Shown piece after piece: positions 45,727-53,797 of a stretch of DNA of 64,000 nucleotides. The stretch's first letter is position 1. Each line of letters starts with the position of its first letter. A program made the position numbers and the translations under genes. The notes below the pieces were generated by a model. The model was given only the letters and a program-made list of their open reading frames with translations. It ran no database searches and was not told the origin of the DNA. The stretch is from a virus (lineage: Duplodnaviria; Caudoviricetes): IMG/VR virus record IMGVR_UViG_3300031996_000004, positions 5,931 through 69,930 of that record; one strand, given 5' to 3'.

Positions 45727-46377
45727 CTAGACCGTCAGGACGACCGCGTCGCCGTTGTCCTTCAGCTTGGCGCCCAGGTCGGCGTAGGAGAGCTTGTAGT
45801 AGCCGTGCAGCGGGCCCCAGTCGCCCCAGTTGTTCAGGCAGAGCACGGTGTCCTTGGCGTCGTCGCCCACGATCAGAGTCTCGTGCCCGCCGGCCTCGCG
45901 GCCGTCGGGGTGCAGGTAGCCCTTGGCGTCCGGCTCGAACATCGACTCGTCCCAGGTGATGCCCAGCCAGACCGGCTTGTCCTGCAGCGCGGCCAGCACG
46001 TGGTCGAGGCCGAAGGCGTGCTCCCAGGAGGTGATCAGGCCGTGGGACCGGAAGACCTTGGCCGCGCTGTTCGCGTCGGTGCCAGTGTCCTGGCCCGGGT
46101 AGGTGCCGGGGAAGGGGTCGATCGCGGTGGCCTCGGCGTACCAGCCCAGCGCGTCGGTCTGCTTCCACAGCCGGGTCCGGGCCTTGTGGTTCGGCTTGGT
46201 GTTCAGGTTGTGCGCCCCGGAGGTCAGCACGCAGCTGCCGACGTTGCCCTGGTTGAGCACGCCGCCCCAGTGCCGGTGCCTAACCGGGCGATGGGTGCCC
46301 GGCTGGGGAGCCGGGAAGCCGAAGGAGCGCGGGTCGTGGTTGACCTTGCGGCCAAGGGCGTAGCCGTTGCCTGCCAT
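45727..46377 (-). CDS. Papain-like (C1) cysteine peptidase
   Basis: LNQGNVGSC (catalytic Cys), GGHETLIVG (His), LNNWGDWG..GY (Asn). Confidence 0.85.
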   Translation of the reverse strand: MAGNGYALGRKVNHDPRSFGFPAPQPGTHRPVRHRHWGGVLNQGNVGSCVLTSGAHNLNTKPNHKARTRLWKQTDALGWYAEATAIDPFPGTYPGQDTGTDANSAAKVFRSHGLITSWEHAFGLDHVLAALQDKPVWLGITWDESMFEPDAKGYLHPDGREAGGHETLIVGDDAKDTVLCLNNWGDWGPLHGYYKLSYADLGAKLKDNGDAVVLTV

Positions 46378-46471
46378 GTGCTTGCATCTCCTCCGCGAGT
46401 GGGGCGAGGCCCCGGGGCGCGCCAGCGGAGGGCAGGCCCACGCCCCGGGGACTCAGAGGCAAGGGTAGGGG

Positions 46472-46636
46472 CTAGCGCCAGCGAGCGAGGTCGCCACGCA
46501 GGAAGTAGCCGGCGACCAGACAGATGACGGCGACCACGAGCAGCACGGTGGCCGGCGCAGAGAGCACTCCGACCAGGGCCAGGATGCCGATGATGAGGCA
46601 GATCGCCCCGATGGCCAGGAGCAGGTTTCCGATCAT
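46472..46636 (-). CDS. 54-aa two-TM membrane peptide
   Basis: MIGNLLLAIGAICLIIGILALVGVLSAPATVLLVVAVICLVAGYFLRGDLARWR (below the ORF-track cut-off). Confidence 0.7.
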   Translation of the reverse strand: MIGNLLLAIGAICLIIGILALVGVLSAPATVLLVVAVICLVAGYFLRGDLARWR

Positions 46637-46646
46637 GGATCGAAGG

Positions 46647-46823
46647 CTAGTCCGCGTCGGGCTCCTCGCGCGGGCCGCCGCGCAGGATCGCGCCGGCGGT
46701 CAGGCAGAAGACCAGCGTGGCGAAGGTGAGCGGGGTACGCACCGGAAGCGCGTTGATGAAGCCCAGGATGGTCAGCACGTAGGCCACCACCCCGATGCCG
46801 TACAGGATCTTCCAGGTCTTCAC
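46647..46823 (-). CDS. 58-aa two-TM membrane peptide
   Basis: GTG start with RBS ggagg: MKTWKILYGIGVVAYVLTILGFINALPVRTPLTFATLVFCLTAGAILRGGPREEPDAD. Confidence 0.7.
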   Translation of the reverse strand: MKTWKILYGIGVVAYVLTILGFINALPVRTPLTFATLVFCLTAGAILRGGPREEPDAD

Positions 46824-46972
46824 ACTGGCCTCCGCCTCGGGCAGTGCGAGCCGTCACAGGTCAGCGGTGCCCAGCACCGCAGGCCGATAGCCCGCAAGCA
46901 AGTTGGGGGAGCAGAGAGCGCCAACGCGTGTGGAGCTCCGCGATCCGTATCGTCAATGCCCTCCGGCTCCAT
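46820..46972 (-). CDS. Possible small Cys-rich peptide
   Basis: MEPEGIDD...CLRAIGLRCWAPLTCDGSHC...; its stop overlaps the next GTG. Confidence 0.35.
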   Translation of the reverse strand: MEPEGIDDTDRGAPHALALSAPPTCLRAIGLRCWAPLTCDGSHCPRRRPV

Positions 46973-47050
46973 GCTCGACGGTCGCATGCCGGGGTGGGCC
47001 TGCCAAGAGGTTCCACGTGAAACCACTCGAAGTGACTACGGCGGCCTAGC

Positions 47051-47488
47051 TCAATGGTCCCGGCGGGTGAACACCGTTGTGGGGCTGAGCATCTCGCGCA
47101 CGCTGGGGTGCAGCACCAGGTCCTCGAAGTCGGACTCGTCCCAGTGCAGCATGCCCTCGTCGTCCAGGAAGTACCAGGACCGGGTGTAGGCCCAGCGCAT
47201 GTGCGCACTGGTCTGGCGCGGGTCCTCGTGCTCGAGCAGCCACAGCCCCTGGGACTGCGCCCAGGCCGGGTTGGCCTCGATGTAGCCGTGGCAGCCCCGG
47301 GTGCCGTCGCCGCAGACCGCCAGCAGGTTGGAGGCGACCCAGCGGGTGTCGGCATAGCGCCGCTTGCGCCGGTGGTGGGTGGTGTCGTGGGTGCCGAAGC
47401 AGACGTTGGGGATGGCCGCCTCGCAGCGCCCGTCGGCGCGCAGCCGGACGATGTTGCGCGCCTTCTCCTCGGCGACGGCCTCGCTCAT
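47051..47488 (-). CDS. HNH endonuclease
   Basis: RADGRCE...C...THHRRKR...SNLLAVCG..TRGCHGYIE; start at 47488. Confidence 0.85.
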   Translation of the reverse strand: MSEAVAEEKARNIVRLRADGRCEAAIPNVCFGTHDTTHHRRKRRYADTRWVASNLLAVCGDGTRGCHGYIEANPAWAQSQGLWLLEHEDPRQTSAHMRWAYTRSWYFLDDEGMLHWDESDFEDLVLHPSVREMLSPTTVFTRRDH

Positions 47489-47856
47489 GAGCCCATCCCG
47501 CCGGGGTAGCCCTGAGCCTTGACGAAGGCCTGCACCGCGTCGTTGAGCAGCTCGCAGTTCTTTCCCGGGGTCCACAGCTGGCCGACATAGCGGTTCAGCG
47601 TGTAGTCCTCCCGGTCGGCCCGCGGCAGCCTGGTGGTGACCAGCACGAAGGGCCACTTGGCCCCGAGCCGGGCGTTGATCCAGTCGACGACGAACTGGCG
47701 GGTCTCGGGCCCACCGGTCTGCTTCAGCTCAGGGGCGAAGACGTCCTGCAGCCGGATGGCCATGTCATAGGACAGCAGCGAGAAGCCGCGGTCGATGGTG
47801 ACCGTCAGGGTGTCCCCGTCGTGCACGCTCTGCACCTGGGCGCGGTAGTCCCACAT
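47485..47856 (-). CDS. Thermonuclease (SNase-like)
   Basis: MWDYRAQVQSVHDGDTLTVTIDRGF...IRLQDVFAPEL...RYVG...LNDAV. Confidence 0.85.
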   Translation of the reverse strand: MWDYRAQVQSVHDGDTLTVTIDRGFSLLSYDMAIRLQDVFAPELKQTGGPETRQFVVDWINARLGAKWPFVLVTTRLPRADREDYTLNRYVGQLWTPGKNCELLNDAVQAFVKAQGYPGGMGS

Positions 47857-48122
47857 CAGCAGGGCGGCTCGGAGCCGACCAGGGCCTCGTCGAGGACCCA
47901 CTGGTGGTGGACGTCGATCGGATCCTCGATGGCGGCCGCCTCCGGCGCCGCCACCCGGCGCATCTCGATGCCAGGGCTGCACTCACACGAGATGGCCGCC
48001 AGCTCGAACATGCCGTCGCCGATCCGGCGCGGCCAGATCGGGCGCACGATGTCCTGGTAGGCGCACCCGGGCTGGTTGCAGACGAAGTAGATCGGCTCGG
48101 CCATGGGCACAAGGTAGGGCAT
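47856..48122 (-). CDS. Small Cys-containing protein, first gene of the leftward operon
   Basis: CNQPGC...CEC; coupled to the SNase start (alternative start at 48104). Confidence 0.55.
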   Translation of the reverse strand: MPYLVPMAEPIYFVCNQPGCAYQDIVRPIWPRRIGDGMFELAAISCECSPGIEMRRVAAPEAAAIEDPIDVHHQWVLDEALVGSEPPC

Positions 48123-48162
48123 GTCCCGGACATCTGCCGACACATAACCAGATGTTCGGTAT

Positions 48163-48189
48163 TTGACCAGATCGATAACATGGTATAAG
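48163..48189 (+). promoter_or_regulatory. Candidate sigma70-type promoter in the divergent intergenic region
   Basis: TTGACC-15 nt-TATAAG with TG extended -10; locally AT-rich; the spacer is short. Confidence 0.45.
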
Positions 48190-48309
48190 GTGTGCCCCAA
48201 GCCCCTGGGAGAGGTGTATCTGCCGCCGGAACCGGCAGAGCACCCCGACCAGGGGCTTTGTCATGCCCTGGGGGCACACTTTCTACCCACTCAACAGCGA
48301 AGGAGCGAG

Positions 48310-48618
48310 ATGCCGAACACCAAGTTCACCAAGATCCTGGTCGACTCGACCATCCACTACGGCAGCGACGCGGACACCCTGAGCCGCTGGCTGACCGAGA
48401 ACGGGATCGACCCGGCCTGGATCCGGCTGGACACCATCGAGGTCGACCCGGTGCGCCGCCAGATCCGGCTGGACGCCTACCGGCACGACGGCGACACCAT
48501 CAGCCGCGGCCCGGACGGCCAGCCGATCATCGAGCGGCTGCGCTGGGAGTGCGACCCGACCCCGGTCCCCAATCTGGCGTACACCGCGGTGGTCGAGACC
48601 GACGATGACCCGTCCTGA
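48310..48618 (+). CDS. Hypothetical protein
   Basis: ATG at 48310 with RBS aaggag. Confidence 0.65.
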   Translation: MPNTKFTKILVDSTIHYGSDADTLSRWLTENGIDPAWIRLDTIEVDPVRRQIRLDAYRHDGDTISRGPDGQPIIERLRWECDPTPVPNLAYTAVVETDDDPS

Positions 48619-49156
48619 CTACCAGACCAGCCTGCGCGAGCTCGGGGACGGCACCTTCGTCGAGATCATCGCCGGCAAGGGCGAGATCCTGATGCGCCAC
48701 TGCGACCCCAAGATCGGCGGCTGTGGCAAGGACAAGCCGATCGACGAGTTCCACCTGACCGGCAATGGCCGCGACCAGCCCAAGCGCTGGCGCAGGCACA
48801 TCTGCCGGGACTGCGATAACTCCAGGCACCGGCCGGCCACCGCCAACCGGGCCATCCGCAACCGGGCCCGGCACCGCGCCGTGGCCCGGCTGGCGGTCGA
48901 GTTCGCCGAGCGGTTCGCCGAGCTGCTTGGCGAGGAGACCGAGTACGCCGAGCACGAGTACCACGTGCTGCAGGCAGTCGGCGGCTACGCCAACCCCGCT
49001 GAGCCGGTGCGGCTGCGCCCTGGGGCGCGCCGAGCCGACCAGCACGTCACCGAACGGATCGACGTGGCGCGCTGCACCCGGTGCGCCACCCACCACGACC
49101 GCGGGCACGCCTGCCCGAACTGCGGTCTGACCCAACAGGAGGAGAGCAATGACTGA
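48605..49156 (+). CDS. Zn-binding hypothetical protein
   Basis: CDPKIGGCGKDKPIDEFH...CRDC...CTRC...CPNC. Confidence 0.65.
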   Translation: MTRPDYQTSLRELGDGTFVEIIAGKGEILMRHCDPKIGGCGKDKPIDEFHLTGNGRDQPKRWRRHICRDCDNSRHRPATANRAIRNRARHRAVARLAVEFAERFAELLGEETEYAEHEYHVLQAVGGYANPAEPVRLRPGARRADQHVTERIDVARCTRCATHHDRGHACPNCGLTQQEESND

Positions 49157-49484
49157 CGACCCGTATGAGAGCGCGGCCTGGAAGCGCTATGCCAAGCACG
49201 CCCAGGACGAGCTGGTGCCCAAGCTGCGCGCCAGCGCCATGACGATCAGCCTGATGCCGTCCGACGGCGACTTCGACGCCAAGTTCGCCCTCGAGCTGGG
49301 CGCCTCGATCATGCTCGACAAGCCGATCGTGATCGTGGCCAGCCCAGGCCAGGTGCTGCCCGCGGCGCTGGAGCGGATCGCAGTCGCGGTGGTCCGCGGC
49401 GACCTGGCCGACACCACCACCCGGGCCAACATCCAACAGGCCATCGAGGCCGCGTTAGGCGCAGCGGACAAGGAGAAGGACTGA
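49149..49484 (+). CDS. Hypothetical protein
   Basis: Coupled ORF with RBS ggagag. Confidence 0.65.
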   Translation: MTDDPYESAAWKRYAKHAQDELVPKLRASAMTISLMPSDGDFDAKFALELGASIMLDKPIVIVASPGQVLPAALERIAVAVVRGDLADTTTRANIQQAIEAALGAADKEKD

Positions 49485-49864
49485 TGGCTGGGTCGGGAGA
49501 CCAACAGGTTGGGAGACCGATGAGCCGCTGGAAGGCCGCCGGCTGGCGCCGTCTGCCTCTGCCTGCGGACCTGGAGCGACTGCTGATCATGGGCGGCGCG
49601 GACGACACCTGGCTCTACCAGAAAGACCTGGCCGATGGGCACCTGACCGTGCTGGCCGGGCCCGAGCGGGAGGGCTTCCACCTCTCGATCAGCCACCGGA
49701 CAGACGACCTGCTGCCCGGGCGCTACCCGACCTGGGACGAGATCCTCGAGGCCAGGAACTTCTTCACCCCACCGGCGATGGCCTTCGTCATGCACCTACC
49801 CACCAAGGAGGACTACGTGAACCTGCACGACACCACCTTCCACCTCTGGGAGGCCGAGTCATGA
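49484..49864 (+). CDS. Conserved phage hypothetical protein (HLSIS...RYPTWDE...HLWE family)
   Basis: Motif FHLSISHR...RYPTWDEI...YVNLHDTTFHLWE; the start may be 49520. Confidence 0.7.
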   Translation: MAGSGDQQVGRPMSRWKAAGWRRLPLPADLERLLIMGGADDTWLYQKDLADGHLTVLAGPEREGFHLSISHRTDDLLPGRYPTWDEILEARNFFTPPAMAFVMHLPTKEDYVNLHDTTFHLWEAES

Positions 49865-49977
49865 CCAGCTACACCCTGAGCGACTTGGTCGAAGAGGTAC
49901 TCCACGAGCCAGAGGCGCAGCAAACACGCCATGGCCATCTGAAGATGGTCCAGGACGGCGGTGACGTCGATGGCTGA
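49861..49977 (+). CDS. 38-aa peptide
   Basis: MTSYTLSDLVEEVLHEPEAQQTRHGHLKMVQDGGDVDG; ATGA overlap. Confidence 0.5.
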   Translation: MTSYTLSDLVEEVLHEPEAQQTRHGHLKMVQDGGDVDG

Positions 49978-50311
49978 GTACGGCGAGCAGGAGGGCTGGA
50001 CACCCCAGCCGTGGATGCTGGAGCAGATCTCGACAGCGCTGAGCGACTCCCTGGTCGGGCAGGGCGACGTGCGGCTGGTGACCGGTCCCGCGGGCGCGGT
50101 CTTCAACGTCCCGCTGGGCGGCCGGGTCACCGACAACCACTCCGAGGACGACGTGACGTGCGACAAGTGCGACAAGGTCTTCCCCGAGGGGCTGTGGGGC
50201 TTCGGCATCGCGCTGGCCTCCCCGATCCCGGGGATAAGCGTCATCGTGACCGGCGGGTTCTGCGACACCTGCGCGGACGAAGAGGGCATCGAGCGGAAGG
50301 AGCGGATCTGA
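49970..50311 (+). CDS. Zn-ribbon hypothetical protein
   Basis: CDKC...CDTC; part of ORF 49961..50311. Confidence 0.6.
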   Translation: MAEYGEQEGWTPQPWMLEQISTALSDSLVGQGDVRLVTGPAGAVFNVPLGGRVTDNHSEDDVTCDKCDKVFPEGLWGFGIALASPIPGISVIVTGGFCDTCADEEGIERKERI

Positions 50312-50372
50312 TGGCCAAGATCGCACCGCCGCGGCGTCGGCCCTGTCCACACACCTACCTGAAGAGGAGCGC

Positions 50373-50786
50373 ATGATGCACGAACCCATCACCCGAGAAC
50401 GCCTGGTCGAGGTGCTCGAGCTGGATCTGAGCGAGACCATGACCGGTCAGGACGCCGGCGTCGGCACGCTGCAGGGCCTGCTGTTCGCCCTGGCCGAGAA
50501 GGTCTGGATCGAGGAGGAGGGCTTCGGCGGCAAGCGGCCGTTCGGCAACTCCGGCTGGCAGCACGAGGTCTACGCGGCGATCGCCACCAAGGGCTGGTGC
50601 GCGGTCGAGGATGAGAGCGCCGAGGAGAAGTGGCCAGCGAGCACGACGTGGGTCGACCAGAACCTCATCATCCCGGCGATGCGGCTGGCCTTCCTGACGC
50701 CGGTGGGCAAGCGCGAGCGCAAGATCGCCAAGCTCAAGGCCGAGCGGGACGAGCTGCGCTGGATGCGAGAAGGGCTGGAGAAGTGA
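50373..50786 (+). CDS. Hypothetical protein
   Basis: RBS gaggag; EGFGGKRPFGNSGW motif seen in phage proteins. Confidence 0.7.
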   Translation: MMHEPITRERLVEVLELDLSETMTGQDAGVGTLQGLLFALAEKVWIEEEGFGGKRPFGNSGWQHEVYAAIATKGWCAVEDESAEEKWPASTTWVDQNLIIPAMRLAFLTPVGKRERKIAKLKAERDELRWMREGLEK

Positions 50787-51025
50787 GCAGCAGCGATCTC
50801 GAGAACTGGCACAACCAGGACAACGCACAGCGCATGGCCCGGTCTATGCCGCCGGGCACCTTGGTGCGGCTGACGCGGCACCACTGCAAGCGGCCGGCGA
50901 TCACCGACAGGTCCGAGCGCAGGCACTACTGGACCTGTCCGGTCTGCCTGAGCGACTGGTCTTGGACCAGCGGACTGCTGTGGACCTGCGACATGCGCAC
51001 CTACCAACTGGAGGTCCAGCCGTGA
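50783..51025 (+). CDS. Small Cys-containing protein
   Basis: GTGA overlap; HHCKRP...WTCPVC. Confidence 0.55.
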   Translation: MSSSDLENWHNQDNAQRMARSMPPGTLVRLTRHHCKRPAITDRSERRHYWTCPVCLSDWSWTSGLLWTCDMRTYQLEVQP

Positions 51026-51324
51026 GCGGCGGCAGCTTCGACTACCTGTGCTTCTCCGACGACATCAGCGAGGCACTGGCCAAGCCCGAGGCACTGGCCG
51101 GCATGGCCAAGGCACTGCAGGTAGCCGCCCCGGACCACCCAGTGACGGTCTGGACCACGGCACTGGCGCAGCTGACGAACCAGCCCACACCCGGGCTGCC
51201 CGAGCCGGTCGCCAAGGTCTGGCACGCCATGGAGTGGTGGTACTCCGCCGATTCATCCCAGGACAGCGCCAGAGCGGTGCTGGCCCAGTACGCCGACGCC
51301 GACCTACCGGCGCCGAGGCTCTAA
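51022..51324 (+). CDS. Hypothetical protein (SGGSFDYLC family)
   Basis: GTGA overlap; MSGGSFDYLC...VWHAMEWWYSAD. Confidence 0.65.
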   Translation: MSGGSFDYLCFSDDISEALAKPEALAGMAKALQVAAPDHPVTVWTTALAQLTNQPTPGLPEPVAKVWHAMEWWYSADSSQDSARAVLAQYADADLPAPRL

Positions 51325-51328
51325 CCCA

Positions 51329-51667
51329 ATGGAGGAAGAGATGCACGAGCAAGACCAGAACCAGCCGACCACCACCGCGGTCAGTGTGGTGATCAGCGAC
51401 GACCTGAGCGTAGAGCACCTCAAGGCGGTGCTGACCGAGCCGATGAACATCATGATCAGCGTCAAGGAGGCCAAGGGCATCGGGATGCACCTGGCCATCC
51501 AGGCTGAGGTGGCCGACATGGCGATGCTGACCGGCATCATCGAGATGCTCAACGCAGCGCTGCACAACGACAAGGCCCTGGTGCACGCCGGCACCACGTC
51601 CAAGGGCAACAGCGCGGCAACCATCAACGCGGTGCTGTCCGAGCATGCCGCCCGGGACCGCCGATGA
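51329..51667 (+). CDS. Hypothetical protein
   Basis: Coupled ORF. Confidence 0.6.
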   Translation: MEEEMHEQDQNQPTTTAVSVVISDDLSVEHLKAVLTEPMNIMISVKEAKGIGMHLAIQAEVADMAMLTGIIEMLNAALHNDKALVHAGTTSKGNSAATINAVLSEHAARDRR

Positions 51668-52038
51668 GCCGCATCATTACCGACATCCAGCCCTACGAGT
51701 ACGGGCCCGGCGCCCACGGAACAGGAGAGATCATCAGCGCGACCCCGGCCTGCCAGCACCCCGGCAAGGAGAAGTTCGTCGACAAGCTCGGCCCGATGCT
51801 CGAGCAGCCCGACGGCAGCGTCAGCGCCAAGGTGCTGGCCTGGCACTGGTACTGCCCGGACTGCCGGGCGCACTACTCCTCTGGGCACGACCTGATCTCC
51901 CGGCCGCTGCTCAGCGAGGACCCGACCGCCCGAGCCTGGCTGGAGGAGCAGGAGCCGGCCGTCTACACCAGCCTGCGCACCGAGCTGTGGACGCTGTTCA
52001 AGCAGTGGATGGGCATCACCCGACGTAGGCCGCGATGA
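51664..52038 (+). CDS. Hypothetical protein with Zn-ribbon
   Basis: CQHP...CPDC; ATGA overlap. Confidence 0.6.
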   Translation: MSRIITDIQPYEYGPGAHGTGEIISATPACQHPGKEKFVDKLGPMLEQPDGSVSAKVLAWHWYCPDCRAHYSSGHDLISRPLLSEDPTARAWLEEQEPAVYTSLRTELWTLFKQWMGITRRRPR

Positions 52039-52382
52039 GCGCCGCCGGCGTTGAGCCCTGCGGGCGGCTGAAGGCCTGGCTGGGCGAGGTGACCTACAAG
52101 CCGGGGGTGCAGCTCTTCATCCGGGACGCCACTGGGCGGTACGGCATGGAGTCGGTGCTGGTGGTGCTGTGCAAGGTCGCGGACACCTACCACCCGGGCC
52201 GCCAGGTCGAGGTGGCCCACCAGAGTGTGATCCCGCCCATCGCGGCCGACAGCAAGGAGGTGTTCATCGGCTTCGTGCGCCAGGCGCTGGAGAAGATGGA
52301 GCTGCACGAGTGCCAGGAGTGGTTCAAGTGGCGCGAGACCGGCAAGCCGGTCTTCGACCCGCACGCAGTGGACCTGCGATGA
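52035..52382 (+). CDS. Hypothetical protein
   Basis: ELHECQEWF...FDPH motif; ATGA overlaps at both ends. Confidence 0.65.
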   Translation: MSAAGVEPCGRLKAWLGEVTYKPGVQLFIRDATGRYGMESVLVVLCKVADTYHPGRQVEVAHQSVIPPIAADSKEVFIGFVRQALEKMELHECQEWFKWRETGKPVFDPHAVDLR

Positions 52383-52588
52383 GCGTCCTGGACAGCGAGC
52401 GGATCCTGCAGTGCCCGGGCTGCGAGGCCTGGCAGCTGCACGTGCCGCTGGAGGTCTCACTGGCCGAGAAGCCGTGGGAGCTCGAGGAGGTCATCGAGGC
52501 GATGCTGCGCAAGCACGTGGCGCGGCAGTGCCCGCACCCGCGGCTGGTGCTCGAGATGTTCAAGGCCGGCTCACGCCGGCTGGTCTGA
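52379..52588 (+). CDS. Small Cys-containing protein
   Basis: MSVLDSERILQCPGC...; ATGA overlap. Confidence 0.6.
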   Translation: MSVLDSERILQCPGCEAWQLHVPLEVSLAEKPWELEEVIEAMLRKHVARQCPHPRLVLEMFKAGSRRLV

Positions 52589-52637
52589 CCCAATCCCCAC
52601 CCAAGCGAATCCCCGAAAGGCAGATGAGTACGTACCG

Positions 52638-52847
52638 ATGAGAGACATGGCAGCGAGCTTTGCAGGCGGCGCGCTGACGAGGGCGGTGGTACTGCGGGAC
52701 CGAATGCGAATGCTGTTCGGCACCCCACTGTGCGAGCTGGCCGGTCACGACTGGACCGGGCTGAAACACGACCCGGTGATGGGCTACTACCAGTCCTGTG
52801 GCCGGTGCGGGAAGGGCGACTTGCTCTGGGCCCGAGCAGAAGGGTAA
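52638..52847 (+). CDS. Small Cys/His protein
   Basis: CELAGHDW...CGRCG. Confidence 0.5.
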   Translation: MRDMAASFAGGALTRAVVLRDRMRMLFGTPLCELAGHDWTGLKHDPVMGYYQSCGRCGKGDLLWARAEG

Positions 52848-52928
52848 AATCAGCAACCTGACCCCGTCGATGACGCCTGCCTGGGATCCCCCTCCACAGG
52901 CTGGGCAGGACATCGGCGGGGTCTTGTC

Positions 52929-53183
52929 ATGTCCGGATCCACCCCACCCAAGAAGGAGAGCCAGATGGCACTACACGCTCGAGTCGCCCAGGAACGCATG
53001 CGGATCACTCCAGCCCCCTCCACCCGAGAGCTGCTGGGACAGGCCCATACCGCGCTGTGGGGCATCAACCTGCGGCTGCACCGAGGCGATGACCTGTTCC
53101 GGGACGTGATCCACCGTCTGCGAGATGAGACTGCAGATCTGATCATCGCCCTGGACGCCTCAGAGGAGTCAGACCCGCTCTGA
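52929..53183 (+). CDS. Hypothetical protein
   Basis: 84 aa (alternative start after aaggag, near 52965). Confidence 0.5.
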   Translation: MSGSTPPKKESQMALHARVAQERMRITPAPSTRELLGQAHTALWGINLRLHRGDDLFRDVIHRLRDETADLIIALDASEESDPL

Positions 53184-53530
53184 CCTGCATGAACGCGGTC
53201 GACCGGGGCTGAACCTGAACCCTAACCCTCAAGTAGAGGTTGAGGGTGGTAAAAAGAGCAACCTCGCTCTTAATAGGTACTACGTACCTATTAGGTAGTA
53301 CGTTCTAGAACGCTTCAGCGTCTGTAGGTCTCATGGGGGAACGGAGTTCCCCCATGCGCTAGACCTCTTCAACGCCTCAACGCGTTCTTCTGCTCCGCTG
53401 CGCTCCGCAAGTGTAACCGCGGTGTCAAGGTCAGCCCCGGTCAGCCGCTACAGCGCCCCAGCCGCCTCAGCCGGTGCAGGCGCGTCACCCGCATCAAGCG
53501 CATGGAGGGCTGGCGCCCTCCATGAGAAGA
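53184..53530. other. Non-coding, lower-GC, palindrome-rich region (candidate origin/regulatory hub)
   Basis: Inverted repeats at 53225-53247, 53271-53293, 53301-53312 and 53332-53356; no credible ORF. Confidence 0.55.
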
Positions 53531-53544
53531 CAAGGAGGTAGGCC

Positions 53545-53796
53545 ATCGACGGCCAGCTACGCATCGAGTCCATGTTCGCCTTCATCGCCCTGGACCACGA
53601 CGGCACTGAAGGCGTGATCGCCGGCGAGACGCCAATGGGCTTCCTGCCCCTGGTGGGAGCCGACATGGACAGGATCGACTCGCTACGCCCGATCGCCCAG
53701 CGCATCGCACTGGGCACCAAGACCAAGGTCTGCTTGGTCCAGTTCACCAACCGCATCGAGCTCGAGCCAGACATCCTGGCCGGGAAGGAAGACTGA
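53545..53796 (+). CDS. Small conserved-type phage protein, possibly with a non-canonical start
   Basis: AGGAGG at 53533-53538, then ATC at 53545 in frame with MFAFIALDHDGTEGVIA (first ATG at 53572). Confidence 0.55.
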   Translation: MDGQLRIESMFAFIALDHDGTEGVIAGETPMGFLPLVGADMDRIDSLRPIAQRIALGTKTKVCLVQFTNRIELEPDILAGKED

Positions 53797-53797
53797 C

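Noticed and set aside
46411-46449. 9-bp inverted repeat cccggggcg/cgccccggg as a terminator
   Set aside because: 21-nt loop, no U-tract, and plausible by chance at this GC content.
50311-50376. 21-aa ORF MAKIAPPRRRPCPHTYLKRSA bridging two genes
   Set aside because: Too short to support; it may only be a translational coupling spacer.
53409-53430. Reverse-strand TTGACA (gtgtcaag) as a promoter
   Set aside because: No -10 element at a 16-18 nt spacing and no leftward gene to drive.
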